In this document: piece by piece, positions 12,901 through 43,777 of the stretch
Layout: every line of letters starts with the position of its first letter
Position numbering within the stretch: position 1 is the stretch's first letter
The notes under the pieces: generated by a model
Database searches by the model: none
What the model saw: only the letters and a program-made list of their open reading frames with translations
What the model was told of the DNA's origin: nothing
Program-made: the position numbers and the translations under genes
Assembly (NCBI GenBank): GCA_030141605.1
Contig: JAQGDQ010000082.1
Coordinates: 186,001-250,000 of the forward strand
Direction of reading: 5' to 3'
Length of the DNA: 64,000 nucleotides
Origin: Tubiluchus corallicola
Lineage: Eukaryota; Animalia; Priapulida

Positions 12901-15572
12901 TTACCATAACTCAGAAAAGTAAAAATCGACAAAAATAAAAATATATTTTTAAATTTTTGAAGGGGAAGGCATACAGTGATTTTGCATACAAAACAATCTG
13001 GATAATAAATAAATCTAGGTTGGAGGATTACCCTTCATTAAATCGGTATATAATAGTCAGAAGCAAACTAAAGTCAGAATAAAAAAATTTGTTAAGCACT
13101 CAATTATAAAATCTTCCAAAAGAAAAGGAAACATCAAAGTTTTAAACCTGTTTTAATGTCCATTACCCAAGGATGTGGAATTGTAAAAAAATCAGTAATT
13201 CAATGGTTTATATAGAGCACACATGGTGCAAAATCAGTCCACAACATCAACATGTCTGACACAGATTTTTATTCGTCTATAGACTCGGTAAATGCTCTTT
13301 TACCTATTTTTTATTAAACATACTTAATTTTCTGAATCACACAAACTCATCGTACTCTCGTGTGGAAGCTCAGTACAAAAATTTGTATAAAAAACAGATC
13401 AGAACATATAATAAAAGCAATCATTTAGTCATGTGGCATGTAATAATTGTTTACTGAGTTTTTATCATGTGCAACTAATATTGGTCTTTCTCAGAGTTTG
13501 GTTCAGTTAGTATATAATAATGTACAAACCCACACCTCCATTGGTTGTTGAAAAGCAGTAGCAGCCATAGCAGCTGTCTAAAATAAAATTTAAAAACATG
13601 CCGTTTTTAGTAGTGGAAAAACAACGTGCAAAATCAAATAAAAACGAATTTAATTGTATTAGTTGAAACATGCAAGTCACTCAAGCATTAAACGTGTGGT
13701 TAGAACTAAAAATTTAAGAATACAGAAACATGTTATTTTAATAAAAGATTAAGCTTGGTTTAAAATTATCAGAAATTTACTAAATAAAAACCATGCAATG
13801 GCTCTACAATTTCCTAATAATTTCATGCAATAAGCCTAGTAAATGGTCAACTTGCATGGTAAGATCTTGCTAAAATCAAATAAAGGCCAAATACTAGTGC
13901 CGATTGTCAATGTTAGCATGTTATCTGGCTATTCTGCTTATCTTCCTAAAAATGCACCACTGACCCCCCAAAAATAAATTAGCAGAGTAAAAATGACAAA
14001 GTTCTGGAGCTTTTAATAAGAGTCTGGAATGTAATTAGGCATACTGGAAATAGTAGCCGCTCCCATAATCTCTTTAGAAAAACTGTACGTCCATGGCCAT
14101 GGTCTAGCTGGATTTGTTAGCATCCATTGTAAATAAACGCCTAGGTTATAACTTTTTTTGAAAAGCAACAAAAGTCAGGGTTAAAAAGTTCAACAAATTT
14201 TCATGCTAAGCTAAATAAAAACAAGAAAGTCATATCCACCAACAAGCCAACCACTATAACAATGACAAAGACATGTGTGACAGTCTAACGCCAGGTAATC
14301 AAATCCAGTGATGTTAAAAATCATTTTGAACAGTGCTCACTAAATTATATTATAGCAAGAAAATACAACTCTGCCCAGTACTCAAGTAAAGTTTTAAACA
14401 ACAGTACAGTTTCATATGCAAATACAATTGTGTAAATGATCCACAAATATTCGTAACCATTTGGAACTTACTGAAAATCCTATTGGGGCACCACCTTGTG
14501 GTTGCGGCTGGGATGGTCCTCCTCCAGGGTATCCTCCTTGGGATGGATATGGCGAAGTGCCACTAGGATAACCGGGACCGGGTGGTGGGTTATATGATCC
14601 CGCCTGAGGAGGGTACGAACCACCAGGGGGCTGAGAAGGGTAAGGCATACCAGACTGTGCGGGTGGGTAACCTGTTCCTGAAGGTGCAGGAGGGTAACCT
14701 GTGCCTGAGGGTGGGTAACCAGTTCCTGAAGGTGCAGGAGGGTAACCTGTACCTGAGGGTGGATAGCCAGTTCCAGAAGTTGGATAGCCAGGCCCCGAAG
14801 GGGCAGGTGGATAGCCCTATAATAAGAGAAAGTCATAAACATGTAATAATCTTGCAACTCTTGCCGTTCTAAGTAAATCAAAAGAGTAAGCCACACCTTC
14901 AAACAAACACAGAATTAGCATTATTGTTAACACCAGCACATGGCTAATTTTTTTAGTTCTTAATTTAAGCCATTTTGTTTGCACAATTTAATTACTGCCC
15001 AACTGAAGTAACTGTTTGGTAAAAAATATGCTACTACTATCGTAAAAATCAAGAATCTATTAACAAAATAAATGCACAATATGCAATGTTAATAATATTT
15101 CCTTGGAAACGTTGTTCTTCGATAAACTGTACACAGTGTATACTCTGACTTCCCAGAGCCTACTTCAGGTTCTACATTCATTATTCGTTAATCGCAAAAT
15201 TTCCTTGTTATAAATGGCTTTAAAAGATGCGTTCCTAGAGAACATCTCACTCTCTCCCTGAAATATCATTTAAAATCGGTAGCGCCTAAACCAAGTTCCT
15301 TTATGCATGCACATCTATCCAAGGCTTAACCTAAAAATAATAGGAGTTCAGATGCAATTCGGATAGGCGTGTGCATAAGCAGTAATCGAACTCTTAAAAT
15401 GTAGAACAAATCCTCTTACCCCTCCTGGGGTCGGCATTGGTTGATATCCTGGCCCACCAGCACCTGGTTGGGGTGGATAAGCAGCTGGGTTTGGCGGATA
15501 GCCCCCACCAGCAGAAGGATAGCCTGGACCACTAGGTGGGTAACCTCCACCACCGTATGGAGGATAACTCAT
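930..15572 (-). CDS. ANXA7: Annexin A7/B11-like, long isoform; 3' terminal exon lies outside the window
   Basis: Phase-consistent GT-AG exons: 15420-15572, 14472-14816, 11249-11503 (GYP-rich tail, 251 aa), 6361-6442, 5791-5885, 4910-5023, 4233-4323, 3236-3315, 2558-2707, 1957-2053, 930-1111 (548 codons). Four annexin repeats: [67 protein letters not shown]. The final GDTSGDY-type exon was not found in 1-929. A7 versus A11 orthology is inferred from the MSYPPY/GYP tail only. Confidence 0.93.
7238..7334 (-). CDS. Alternative annexin repeat-1 exon with its own start codon ([33 protein letters not shown])
   Basis: Acceptor ttttttcAG at 7342-7341, then TAAAAA ATG. The GTAAG donor is phase 1, identical to the paralogous exon 6361-6442 ([28 protein letters not shown]), and joins exon 5791-5885 in frame. 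Confidence 0.85.
9860..10265 (+). mobile_element. 5S rRNA-derived (SINE3-like) fragment interrupted by a 305-bp insertion
   Basis: gaagttaaaaagtgttaaacttggtttgtaaatagatgggtgaccac resembles the 5S internal promoter region GAAGCTAAGCAGGGTCGGGCCTGGTTAGTACTTGGATGGGAGACCGCC. Similarity resumes at 10236. The insert 9931-10235 is flanked by gtgaccac/atgaccac and contains a tandem duplication of about 51 bp (10005-10107). Confidence 0.55.
14665..14816 (-). repeat. Coding tandem repeat GYPP(AP)SGT in the annexin N-terminal tail
   Basis: Repeated units such as gggtaacctgtgcctgagg encode GYPPSGT and GYPPAPSGT. Confidence 0.85.
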
Positions 15573-15664
15573 GTTAATATCAGGTTACTATTATTAACTA
15601 ACGAAAGTCGGAAAACTTCAATAAATCCACAAAAACCAAAAAAACAGGAAAATTCAATAGTGCA

Positions 15665-15730
15665 ATGAAACACGTGAAACAACCCAACCGGATGTTTCTA
15701 GGTTGGTGCTGTCATCTATGACGTGCCTGG
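15665..15730 (-). promoter_or_regulatory. Probable annexin proximal promoter
   Basis: CACGTG (15671-15676), CCGGATGT ETS-like (15688-15695) and TGACGTG CRE/ATF-like (15719-15725), about 100-150 bp upstream of the ATG. Confidence 0.45.
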
Positions 15731-17638
15731 AAGATAAACTACAATTCATCGGATGCAATTCGAGCGAGTACTACTTACGGCTGTACTATTATAACAATTT
15801 TATTTTAAAATATGTTTTTTCTCAAGAGAAAATTGAAATTTTGGGGCAAATAAATTAATCATTTAATAATTATTTACTAAGCGATTAATCGATATCCGAT
15901 GTTTTCTCCCATACCACTAACATTATCATCTTCACCATAACCATCACAATTGGCCCACACAATATTAATAATCATTTTAATTGCTGATAATGAATTTTTC
16001 TTCTTCCCCTGAATGTCATTAACAGACTTGCCAACCATTTGATGTAAAAATGAGTATGAAACGCAGAAAGCCTGGGAATCATCTCCCCACTGGCAAGGGT
16101 ATATACGACAATTTATGTCTCAGAAATTTTTGCCTTTTTGGGTATCAAGATCAAATTAACAAAAAGCTGAGGCAAACATATAAAAAACTTTTATATTTTT
16201 TTAGGTACCACTGCTCTCTTATACTGTTATTGCAGTTCACTGCACTTTATTATATAAATACATGTATGTTCTTTTGTACCCATGAAAAGCTCAATAGCGC
16301 CCAGGTTCTTAATTTTCATTTGCAAAAACCTTTAATATAATATAAATCGTGAGATGCAACAACGCTTCTGTATTATTGAGAGTAGTGCTACTAATTGTGT
16401 TGGTGCTGATGACAAAAGAAGCCAGATAGGTAGGTCTATATTAATATACTTGTAAATGTCTCTAATTTCAGGACTGTTGTTTTCGTTTCTTGATCAAGTC
16501 TGTTCTATTGAAGAACCCATTTGTCCAGATTGAAGAATGAAGGCAATCAAGCCATTGCTAATTCTTTCAGGCTTCAATTTTGTTCTCTGTTTGTGTAAAC
16601 CACATCCGTGTAATATGAATGGATGGAAGCTGAAGTCTTGAGTTCATCATATTGTTATTTATTATTCAGAAGTTTGTTATTCAACAATAATAACGCACAC
16701 CGAAACAATTTTGTTTATCCAGGTCATTTTACATTTTATCGTATACTATGATTTTATCCATATTTTAAATGCTTTTATGCACTACATTGCATGAGTAGTT
16801 TTAGTTGCTAGCACTTGACGCATTTGCCAGCTAACAGTGTAAATCTTTAGTGACCCATTTGTGTGATAACTTATCTGCAGTTCACATTGGTTAATTTTCA
16901 ACTTATTTGCCAAAAACACAAATAGAAAGAAGAGGGAGTGGAAAATGGGAGGAAAAGAGAATCAGAAAATGTTAGAAACTGAGTGAGTGAACGAAAACCA
17001 GGTATCAAGCGAGACACATGGCATCTTATTGCAACAACAATATTAGAATAAAGTGAAGTTACGAATGGTAAACGTACTGGGGCTGACACCTGCTAGTTCC
17101 TCTTAAAACATCTTCTTTAAAATGTTTTAGTTTTTGTAAAGCACCACACACACCAGAATTGCAATTATGATGAAATACTAATCACGCTCATGAAAGATAA
17201 TTCAAACAAGATAAAATTCTACAAAAAATGAAGTGATTTTAGCAACAACGGAATTTAATTGATCTTGGTTACAAAACAGTTTGGTCTGAAAACCGGAACG
17301 ACATAAACGTTGTCAAAACGTGCCAAAAAATGTTTGCTTTAAACTGAAAATGAAGGTTGTGAAATATATCACAATAAGTCTCAATAGTCAACTACCAATA
17401 AAATAAACACCAAAGCAGTCAAGTCAACAGCATTAAGCAATAAGCAACAAAATGTTTATAGTTTGTATTTTTGTAGTAGCAGTTTAGTTTAATATACGTT
17501 ATTAAATCTACCCGGGCAAGCATACTATAACCAATTTTCAAAAAGTAAATCCATTTTTCAGGTATTACTGCAGACTGCAGCTGAGAAAATAATGCAAAAA
17601 TGTGTAGAACTAGAATTCCCGCAACACTGCCTTACAGC

Positions 17639-34816
<17,178 letters not shown>

Positions 34817-34859
34817 TTTAAATGAACCTAATTACAAAAATTACAAAATTTAGAATTTG

Positions 34860-34960
34860 TTCACACACCACGATATTCCGTAATAAAACGGTAACATACA
34901 ACGTGGCGTACAAACGGAAGTAATGTCACTCGCGCATCTTATATTGCCATCTAGCGAGAA
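34860..34960 (-). promoter_or_regulatory. Probable COPA promoter and short 5' UTR exon
   Basis: Local CpG-rich patch with an ETS site CGGAAGT (34915-34921) and GCCATCTAGCG (CTCF/YY1-like). There is an AG acceptor about 11 nt before the ATG and a candidate GTGTGT donor near 34868. Confidence 0.5.
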
Positions 34961-36009
34961 CGAAATTAAAAAATTAAAGGTGAATATCTGGAAACCGCAC
35001 AACCGCAGGTATAGACTATAGTGCCATCCACACATCCACATAATAACGATACCAAGTTCATGGTAGGTGGCATGAGACGTGGTAATACTAATACAATGCA
35101 AAGCAGTTAAGTGATTTAGTTATGATTTTGTTGTCTGACTTAACGTCTGGCAACGATGACTGGTTGTAATCGGCTATAACGCGGAGGAATCTGCAGAATA
35201 GGTCAATGAGAGCGAATTGGGACTGCCATTGACGGTAGAGGTAGAATCCACTCATGGTGACGTTGACACAATTGACGTTGTTGTCTATCTTCGGGAGGAG
35301 GAAGAATAAAATGCACAATAAGCTACATTGGTATGATATCGACATCAATACAGGGTGTAGGTAGGTGGTGGGGCATACGATAACACCAATATAACGCAAG
35401 GTAGGTCCTCGAAATCGACCGAAAACTTCACACTGTTATGTGGATAGCCTCTATGAGCACAAAACAGTGTTACCCAATTCAAACTCATTTAAAGTAGCCA
35501 CTGGATGTGACCATTTTTTATTCAGCTAAGCCCTAAGGATCAGATGGAGACACCAACCAACATCGTATGTTATGATTGTATTTTTCTGTATAAGTCACCA
35601 CTAACCCACGTATTTAATGAGTATCTTAAAAACTGAGCATCTATCGCATTGCTGAAAGAGAGTTTAATTCCTTTGTCTTCTCTGATAGATTTCTGTCTTT
35701 CAATGTAGATAACTGGGTAAATTGCTTCAGGGTTTTTTACCTACCGAGTTTAAATAAACGACTGTCACTAAAGGACATTAAACTGTCTATCAAAGATGTC
35801 TTCAACAAATCAGTGCTTGACTTACTTTCATCACAAAAAAGAACTGACAAGAAAGACTACACGAAACAGCTTTATTGCACAAGATAAAGGCACTAACATT
35901 GCAGAAGTGTACTAATCATCTAAGAAGGTTTGGTAAAAATTTTAAGAAGGCATCTTGCTTCTATATATTTTTAGTTCCAGAAGCAGACAATAGTGATATA
36001 GTGGCGCTT

Positions 36010-36395
36010 GCTAGGTGCCAAAATATCCGCAAACGTCGGTGAGCACCTTTTGGAAAACTTCTGCTTTTGGACTTTAATTCAAGAACCATGCAATAATTCA
36101 TTTTTTCTAGCTCAATACGTGTGTGCGGCAATGCCTTTTTGTCTAATTGTCAACAACTGTTTCAGGCCTATTAAATAAAGTGTAAAAAGTGTCATCCAGC
36201 ATCAGATCGATATTATCCTTTCGAAAGCGGTGATTCGCTTTTTGAACAACATTGCGATAGGGCTTATAGTGTTCAGTCTTTAAAGCATAAAATCGATCAA
36301 AGCCACCTACTTATAAGAGACTGTGCATGACAAAATTATGGATGACAACTTGCCCGTCAAAGTCATCCGAAATCTACATAGGATGCAAAGGTAGT
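36010..36395 (-). mobile_element. Possible highly degenerate LINE reverse-transcriptase remnant
   Basis: Frameshifted minus-strand pieces TFASYVDF, TLFTLYL and TFADILA occur in the order of the RT motifs VDFxKAFD, PTLFNLY and FADD. The region has stops and loose motif spacing. Confidence 0.3.
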
Positions 36396-36532
36396 TCTTC
36401 AGATATAAAAATATGGCTTTCTATGCAGCAATAACTTTAAGATATAAATAAAATTATTGTCATTACCAAATTAATAAGAAGAAATCCTTCATACTTCTTT
36501 GATTAGATTTGACTCATAGGTCTATGTCAAAT

Positions 36533-37393
36533 TAATCCAGTCAAAATAAGGTTTGACTCGGACAAAAATAGTGTATGGCTCAATTTCTGCACATGCACCC
36601 AGAAAGTCGGCCAGAACAATATATTAAAAATACCCATAAATCCACCTTGGGGAAAAAGTTAAGGGGCCAGCTGATATAAACATGCATATGGTCTATCAGA
36701 AAAAATAGTGCTTCAATGCCACTCAAGGTCAAGGTCACTCAAAATGGCCGCCAACATACCATTAAAGTAAAAATATATCAACTAGATGCATAGGTGCATT
36801 TGAGTTGGCGTAAATGTATTACTAGCTGATAAAAAAGAGCAAATGCTTGATTACTTATAGTTATGGTTTTCCCTAACACATAGCATCCACAAGTACATCT
36901 ATATAAGTCATCATCTATGTCGTTAATCTCAGATACAACACCAATCACTTCCTTCTTGTTTTGGCAAGTCTGCCGGCAACAATTGTTATAAGCTGCCACG
37001 TGCATTTTGTAGCAGCTGGTAATATACTTAAGCCATCTTAAATGCCAGCTAGTTGAGTTATTTTCACTTTAATGCTGCATTGACGGCCATTTTGAATGAC
37101 CTTGCCCCGAATGACCTTGACACACTATTTTTCCGATAGGCCTCATGCATGTTTATATTAACTAGTGATACATTTATGCCATCTTAATAATCTCTGAGTT
37201 ATTTTGACTTTAATGATGCGTTGGTGCAGCATGTTGGCCATTTTAAATTTAAAGCTCCATAATTTTTCCTCAGGGTGAATTTATTTGGATTCTTAAAATG
37301 TTGTTCTACACGATTTGCTGGGTGTCTGAGCAAAATTCAGCCATACACTCTTTTTTTCGAGTCATTCATTTTTAGGCTAATTTAACTGGACTA
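36533..37393. mobile_element. Non-autonomous DNA transposon with long TIRs, Academ-like
   Basis: Left end TAATCCAGTCAAAAT, right end ATTTAACTGGACTA, with AAT on both flanks (36530-36532 and 37394-37396). Imperfect inverted arms run about 250 bp, e.g. caaggtcactcaaaatggccg versus cggccattttgaatgaccttg. TAG..CTA termini and 3-4 bp TSDs are features of Academ elements. Confidence 0.75.
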
Positions 37394-38774
37394 AATTCAG
37401 TAAATATAATTGGCTATATATTTGTGCAAGTGAGTGAAATAAATAAACTAAGCTAAACTAACTAGACAGTTAAGCAAAAGAAATTCTGTTTTTATTAAAT
37501 GTATTGCGTGACTTTCTCTATGATTTACATATTAGAGTGCAAACACTCAATCATTCACACAGTAGCTGCATGTGGTGATAAGGTATTAACTCTGCTTCAC
37601 AATCGTTCAATAGTGTCCTGTCACCAGAAGTAGTGGTGACACCTCAGTGACATAACAGTGCTCAATTTCAGCTGTGTTTGTTATTACTGTTAAAAGTCAA
37701 TTTATTTTGCTGAATGCTGGACTGAATGCTGGAATGACTACGTTTGGCAAGTAAAGTCCACAGAAACCGCAAAGGTCTTCAAACTGGTCTAAACGCCTGA
37801 ATTTGTTTGCTGATGATTAAAAGGAACAATAACACCAGTTTTATGTTTCAAATTCTTTAACTTTTTCTTTTTTTTGTTTCATGGTCAGACACTGATTTAC
37901 AAAACTGAATGTTTGTTCTTAGCAATAGTGACACAGACTAAGTTGTGGCTGCAGGGTAAATGTCTTATTGGCGTCTTCGTAATCTTAGGCTTTGTTGTCC
38001 TAGTAACAAAGTTTTTCTGTAAGCTGTACGATATGTAAACATGACATTTCGAAAACTTTAAAACTTACTCTTTTCTGTACGTTAACTAAGACCAGAAAAC
38101 TAATTAATGACGGTTGGACTCCGTGACATCACTAGACAACAGAAAAAATGTAATCTGTATATTAAAAAGAGCAACAATTACATAATATTAATCAGAAAAT
38201 TCACAATTATGACTGTGTTATTAATGCAGTGATTTAAAAAATATCCGGGGATTCAATAAATTGTTGCATGCATAATTATTAGAACTATTTATATTAGTTA
38301 AATTGTTGCTGAATTATAATCAGAAGCATACCTCTGATTATAACAACCGTATGTTTCATAACTTGCATTGTTTAACTTACACAGATTTATAAGTTATCAC
38401 ATTTAAAAAGAGGCCACCATAATTTTGCTTGTCGCGGCTTCTCGTTGATTTGTTTTCTTTTTTCACATGCCAGCTGTTTAGTTCGTTTATTCATTCGTTC
38501 ATAGTCTTCTTTGTTCACTCGTTTGTTTGTCCATCCCCCAATTCGATTGTTCGTCTTATCTCTTTTATTTGTTAATCTTGTATTTCATGTCATTATTGTA
38601 AATAAAACTTCGTATTTAGTGCCTAAGAGAACGCATGTAATTGTAAATAAATTACTTTGAATAAATTAAGCTCGTATTCCACAGTTTTTGACCTTCTTCC
38701 GATGTCTCTTCTCTGTCTCAGTTTGTCTGTTTGCTCTCTTTTCTCTCTTTGCGCGCACTTACGAACTCACGAAC

Positions 38775-38796
38775 GCGTGTGTGCGTGCGTGCGTGC

Positions 38797-38827
<31 letters not shown>

Positions 38828-38980
38828 TGTATGTATGTATGTATGTATGTATGTATGTATGTATGTATGTATGTATGTATGTATGTATGTATGTATGTAT
38901 GTATGTATGTATGTATGTATGTATATATGTTTGTTTGTTTGTTTGTTTGTTTGTTTGTTTGCATGTATATGTATGTATAT
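38775..38980. repeat. Compound microsatellite (GCGT)n-(ATGT)n-(GTTT)n
   Basis: Direct reading; source of the spurious YVCM ORFs. Confidence 0.95.
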
Positions 38981-41048
38981 ATGCTTACCACCTGCCTGCC
39001 TGTCTAACAGTCTATCTGCCTGTTTCTCTCTACTTTGCCGAGACTGCTATAATGCATTTAATGTCATCGGAAATGATAGCAGAAATTGGCGAGCCTGCTG
39101 TCTCGTGCATCTGAACTTTTGAGGGCCAATTATCAAACGTCGCTCTAATTAGGGCTCTCACACTCACTTTGATTAGCATCTCTCCTGCTAAGCAATACAA
39201 ATGTTGTTGTGAGAATCCTGGATAATTGCTCCTGAATCCTGATTAGTGGAAAGAGTTGCAGCTTGTTATCATTCTAATTTCCTGCGGCCTAGAAATAATG
39301 GAAGTCATGAATAAAGCTGTGGAGATGTGCAGTTGCTGCTGCCGTGTTTAAGGACTGAAATAGATGTATGGAGAAAATTGTTGCTGATTCTCCACGACAA
39401 CAACAATAATTATTAATAAATAAAACAGCAGCTTTGGCAATAATAGCGAAATGCAGTTATGGAGGTATTTTTTTATTTTTATTACAATGCCACCAACAAA
39501 TGATAAACAGGGGCATAATGGGATATAGTGATGTCGTCTCGGTCGCTGAATGTGCTCTTAGACCCTTGTTTTTCTTTTATTATATCTAAAGTTGTGTTGA
39601 TACAAATAATAAGTAGCTATCATCACCATCGTCATCGCCACTGCCTCTACGATCAATTAAGTTCATCTTTGTACCATCGAAACGGATTGCCTAATAGTGT
39701 CATTGATTACAGTGAAGCTGGGAGCGTGACAGCAGCATTGGTGGATTCAACGGTGGCTGTGATGTAAACAGTAGTGGTGGTGATACTGCTGGTAATGGTG
39801 ATGTTGATGACTACTGTAGCAGTTACTGTTGTCAGGCAGAGATGGATGGTAATGGTCGCCCTCTCGACCCACAAACACCCTCACCCAGACCCAGATGGCC
39901 TATCAGCCACGAAACGACTGTCACCTTAAGAAAGCTGCTCCATATTGGTATAGTCTTAACGGAGAGCATCTACAATATTAGTTTCTAAAACACCGCAAAA
40001 TCATTCAAATTTGCAAGCTAGCTCTAGTAAAGGATTTAGCCTTAGAATACTTCATTTTTACATAGCCACTTCACAGTTGGTCATTTTTAATGTTATCTTT
40101 AGTCATTTATAATTCTTTGCTGCTTTCTACAAAAAATAACTCGAATATATAGCGCAGTCAAGAAATTAAAAGCAAAGTGTTGTTCTAAAGAGAGTTCTAT
40201 ACATTTTGGTTCAGAGTTCGCTTTAAAAATAATAAGCTTAAAGCGCTTATTATCTGTGTGATATGTAACCTGTTACTCTGCGTGGCTTCAGACCTACAAC
40301 AGTTGGACCATAAAAAAGTGCCCACAGACGTATTTCAAGCTCTGGTGCTTCGCAGCTTCAGTGATGTTGCTCTCGCTGATTTGCCATCGTTGGCACTCTC
40401 ACCGTTACTGGTTGTTGCTGTTGCTGCCACCACCAACGCCGCTGCAAGTGGTCACGAAAAACACGACAAGCTTTCTCGCCTTTATGAAAGTAATTGAAAA
40501 GTACCGGGCCGTTGCTGATACGACAAGAAAATAAAATCAATATTTGTATTTCTCATCATGGCCTTCAATCCATTTAGATGTAAAGAAAAGTTAAAGGCAG
40601 TGAGAGAAGAAAACATCCATTTACTCCATTTCAATGCATTTCAGTGATTAAATTGTAGAAAGCTTGCACCTATTAAGCATCTAATCTTGGTGAAAGAGCG
40701 TAATAATGGAAATAACCTATAACCCGCAACATTTGACATTAATCAGACGTGTGTTACATTGCATTTAAGATCGATTTTAGGTGAAAATCTGCAAGAAACC
40801 CGTATATAGTCAACAGTCAATGCTTTTACTAAAGCTCAAAAGACCGATGCTCAAGAAAGCAAGATTTCGAGGCTTGCTAAGAGAAATAACGAAAAACTTT
40901 AATAGCTTCAAGTTTCGTATCCATCTTTTAGCGATTTTCCTTCTCATAATTATAAAACTATAATAGAAGCTGATCTATCAGTAGGTAGATTTCAGTATTA
41001 CAACAATAATTATGCAGTCTATTTTAATTTTTTGCTACTTTTAACAGG

Positions 41049-41306
41049 CTTACCTTGGACGTTGCTAAATGTATAAGAGATGCCTATAAATACAGTTTCT
41101 CCTTCGGGTCTTTTACCTGTGGCATTTCTTATCCGAAAATTGTTTCCTGAAAACTACAACCTTACTATATTCAAAAGGAACATCAACAAATACGTCCTCT
41201 CAAATTAGCTAAACCAATTCTATTTCTTCCGATTCCTTTCTGAACATACCTTCACTATTTTCACTGCAGCCCTTACCTTGAGCCTTTGACTGATTTGCAT
41301 AAAAAA
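41049..41306 (+). mobile_element. 5'-truncated LINE (CR1/L2-group-like) 3' end
   Basis: Frameshifted translation KCIRDAYKYSF / LRVFYLWHFLSENC / PENYNLTIFKRNINKYVLSN* resembles the LINE ORF2 C-terminus YxxSFFPRxxxLWNxLP...FK; a short 3' UTR ending in an A-run follows. Confidence 0.7.
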
Positions 41307-42629
41307 CTGTTTATCTGCATACTGCAAGTTACGTGGACGTTTAGGGTAAGGCCGCAAGAATGTGGAATAATTCACGATGATGATATGTCTTTTTATTTGC
41401 CTCTTTTTGAAGGCAAAAAAATTGTACAAACACACAATTTTACATTTATATGGTGTAATCATACTATAATATTCTTTATTGCAATTAATGTGTGAAAGTT
41501 ATTTATGAAGTTGAAATTGAACACTTGTAGAAAACAACTAAACACTAGATTGCATGTTTGCACAAAAACTGAAACACTTTTATTGCACTAAATACACAGT
41601 AAAATACAAGTAAAATGAAGATCACAACTGCTGCACAGCACCGAGTGTGTGACAGAGAGACAGTGTGTCCCATGAATTGCACGACTCCACTGCCTGAGAC
41701 AGAGAGAGATTAGCAGTGAAATCTAGCCAGTTTATATAGGTAGAGAACTATGCAAAAACTTGGCTTCACATATCCCATTACAGTAAAATAGGGGAGATAC
41801 AGTGAGTTTGAATATTCACTGGACCGAACAATTGTACTAAGGGTGAGTTGAACTAGTAAAATGTTAAAGTGACAAATCAATAGATGGCAGCACCTAAAAT
41901 ATACAGTTACAACTTTCACATAATGTACACAAACTATACTGTACAAAATGCATATACATAAAATGTTTGTGTACAAACAGCCGGAGGGCTGATGAAAGCA
42001 AATGTGCAATACTACTGCACTGATGTACTACATTGCATGCTTCAAATTCTGCAATTAGCTTTTTATAAAGGTGCGTGTAACATCGCTTACAGTGTATAAG
42101 TAAAGAGTATTAAAGTGAGTGCTAAACCAATGTTATTAATGAAGCAAGTTTCCTGTCCAGTAACACAAAAGTACAGTTAAATTAATGTACTAAAAATAAA
42201 AAAACCTAACTGCAGTTATTAAGTCTTCGAGAATATATAACCAGTTATCAAAAACTACACACATTTAAGTCCTCTATTTAGCTCAAATTTAGCAACAAGA
42301 TCTTGATGTAAAAGGATCCTTTGAAAAGTATGTTAGCGCTGACGCTGAATTTACATTTTTGGAGCAACATTCGAAGTTTATAATTGTCATTTCCCTGTAG
42401 ACTTACAAGTACATTTCGTCTGTTTACGGTATACTCCAGGACATCGGTGTATCAGATGCCCTGATTTCTGGGCTTCCGTACCGCATTCACACTTAATCTG
42501 ATTAGTAAAGACGTAATTTGACTTTATCTGAAGTTTGTCTCATTAACTTCCACATGCAAAATGCATATCTGGTAAAAGACCTACTTACTGCAAACTGTTG
42601 AAACTAGTGTTATGACTCTACACCTGAGG

Positions 42630-42959
42630 ATCTGTGCGTCAACGTCAGCCCGCGCTAAGCTTCAATGAGCATTATATGAATCAATGCAGATTTGTCTGAG
42701 GTTCATTGTGCGTGGTAGTCAGTGGTGGACGCTGCTAGCACTCAGATGAAGCCAAGTCGTGCCGCGGGCTGCATGAATGCTTGTGTAAACAATTGCGATA
42801 ACTTGTATACGGCGTATTACTATGGTTGATTAAAGGAATGTCGTTGAGCATTGTGATTTGACAATAAGGAAAATACGAAGCAATGGGCGAGGAGGGAACA
42901 TCTCAAATGGAAAAAGGGACTTGAATTAGAAAAGAAAATGATGAGCGTAGAGTAAAACG
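42630..42959 (+). promoter_or_regulatory. Candidate promoter and non-coding first exon of the Cys-rich secreted protein gene
   Basis: Paired CRE-like half sites TGCGTCA-ACGTCA (42635-42647), TATATGAA at about 42673, Inr-like TCATT about 30 nt downstream, TCAGT at 42719, and a G|GTAAG donor at 42960. Confidence 0.45.
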
Positions 42960-43777
42960 GTAAGAAAAATTGAAAGTTGTTATTGTTGTGTGTTTTAAAT
43001 GCGAAAGTGTCTTGAGAAAATTATTACGGCGAGGGTGTGGAATGAAAGAAAAAATAGAAAAAAGAAAGAAAGGGAAAGAAAGGAAAAAGAGAGGAGAAAA
43101 TGAAATAAAAGATTAATAACGAAATAAAGAAAAAGAAAAATGAACAAAGAAAGAAAAGAAACAGATAAAAAGAGGAAAGAAATGAGAGAAAAAGGAATAA
43201 GAAAAAAGAGTCAAAAAGGAAGAATGAAAAGGAAAAAATAACAGGAGAAACAGCAAAAGGGGAAGGAGAGGGTAAGCACAAGAGGGGAGAATGCAGGGAA
43301 AGAAAGCCAGTGAGGGAGAGAAAGAGCGAGAGAGAGAGAAATAAAGATCAGCTAAACGAGGCAGAGATACTCATGAAACGTCATAAAAGATGCTCAAGCG
43401 TGTGTTCATCTTGAAATTTTTAATTTTTTATACTATAAAAAAAGCGTTACACTGTTTTCTTATCGGTTTACTCGACTTCTGACAGAAACCGTTATCAGCA
43501 AGAGTGTGCAACACTGGAAGCTTAATCAAATCAATCGCAAGTGTGAACAAGTAATTGAGAAACTATAAATTTTCTGCTTTTCAGGAGCTCGTCTGGATGT
43601 TTGTGGAAACTCTTTGTGCGGAAACAAACACTTTGACAGAAGTGAAACACAGAAAATTTCAGTGAAAGTTACCGCGGCGAGGACTGCAAGACATGAATAA
43701 GTAACAAAAAACGAAAATGGAAAACACTAAAGACGAATAAAGCGAAGTTATTAGTGTTAGTTTTGGAAAGAGTAACT

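Noticed and set aside
34990-35420. GC-richer block upstream of COPA with a 103-aa ORF
   Set aside because: No recognisable domain; only a faint resemblance to a decayed LINE C-terminus, too weak to call.
38657-39122. YVCM-repeat ORFs, and similar poly-D, ER, LS and I ORFs at 48.4, 54.2-54.6 and 55.9 kb
   Set aside because: Microsatellite artefacts.
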